A DNA stretch of 64,000 nt, taken from the NCBI GenBank assembly GCA_965153355.1, contig OZ231126.1, positions 47,616,001 to 47,680,000 on the forward strand, written 5' to 3'. Position numbers and translations under genes: made by a program. Position 1 is the stretch's first letter. Each line of letters begins with the position of its first letter. The stretch is from Flaccisagitta enflata (Eukaryota). Below, one piece after another: positions 63,801-64,000 of the stretch. The notes under the pieces were generated by a model. That model searched no databases and was not told the DNA's origin. It was given only the letters and a program-made list of their open reading frames with translations.

Positions 63801-64000
63801 ATGGCCATATGCAATCGGGCCATCCTTGCTTTCAAAGGGCCATTTCAAGACTAGAAAAATTCGCCATTTGGCCAGGCATGTCCAAACAACTCGCCCATTA
63901 CATCAATAACTGCGCAGAATGCCAAGGCTTCAGGCGGAAGGTGCCGAGTATGATGGCACCCATTCAAGCTCAAACAGCATCGGCCCCACTGGAATTCGTC
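60821..64000 (+). CDS. pol: Pol polyprotein (protease, RT, RNase H, integrase N-terminus), -1 frame to gag, runs off the window
   Basis: Motifs LIDTGAGPSCI (60935), SPIVMVRKK..WRYCVDLR, LDLLKAYYQIP, GYLDDILI (62603), FILKTDAS, and the integrase HHCC region (AHGHMQSGH..WPGM..CAEC). The frame was checked at PR, RT and the window end. It is absent from the ORF track, consistent with no stop codon. Confidence 0.93.

Larger units (their letters stand above)
57152..64000 (+). mobile_element. Ty3/Gypsy LTR retrotransposon, 3'-truncated by the window end
   Basis: PBS, about 1-kb leader, gag, then pol in PR-RT-RH-IN order. The 5' LTR start is uncertain (TGTAAC at 57152 or 57391) because the 3' LTR is outside the window. 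Confidence 0.9.

Overview
Repeat-rich eukaryotic (invertebrate animal-like) genomic DNA, not prokaryotic. Two spliced solute-carrier genes face each other tail-to-tail. The first is an SLC3 heavy-chain (rBAT/4F2hc-like, catalytically dead GH13) gene on + (<1-16529, at least 9 exons, one GC-AG intron). The second is an ENT4/PMAT-like SLC29 gene on - (53206-18532, 12 coding exons, about 762 aa). Each carries an antisense gene nested in its largest intron. The SLC3 GC-AG intron holds an intronless beta-TrCP-like F-box gene (12303-10303) and a decayed 3' copy of it. The 27.5-kb ENT intron holds a 6-exon secreted Cys-rich gene (26315-29197: signal peptide, chitin-binding-like module, one full and two half thyroglobulin type-1 repeats, second chitin-binding-like module). 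That intron also contains a concentric nest of up to eight transposons (31593-45271), three with intact TSDs. The window ends inside an apparently intact Ty3/Gypsy LTR retrotransposon (tRNA-Gly PBS, gag, -1 frameshifted pol with a candidate pseudoknot). Most ORFs in the supplied track are microsatellite or minisatellite artefacts. Gene models were spliced by hand and checked for phase. Family names come from recalled motifs, not database searches.
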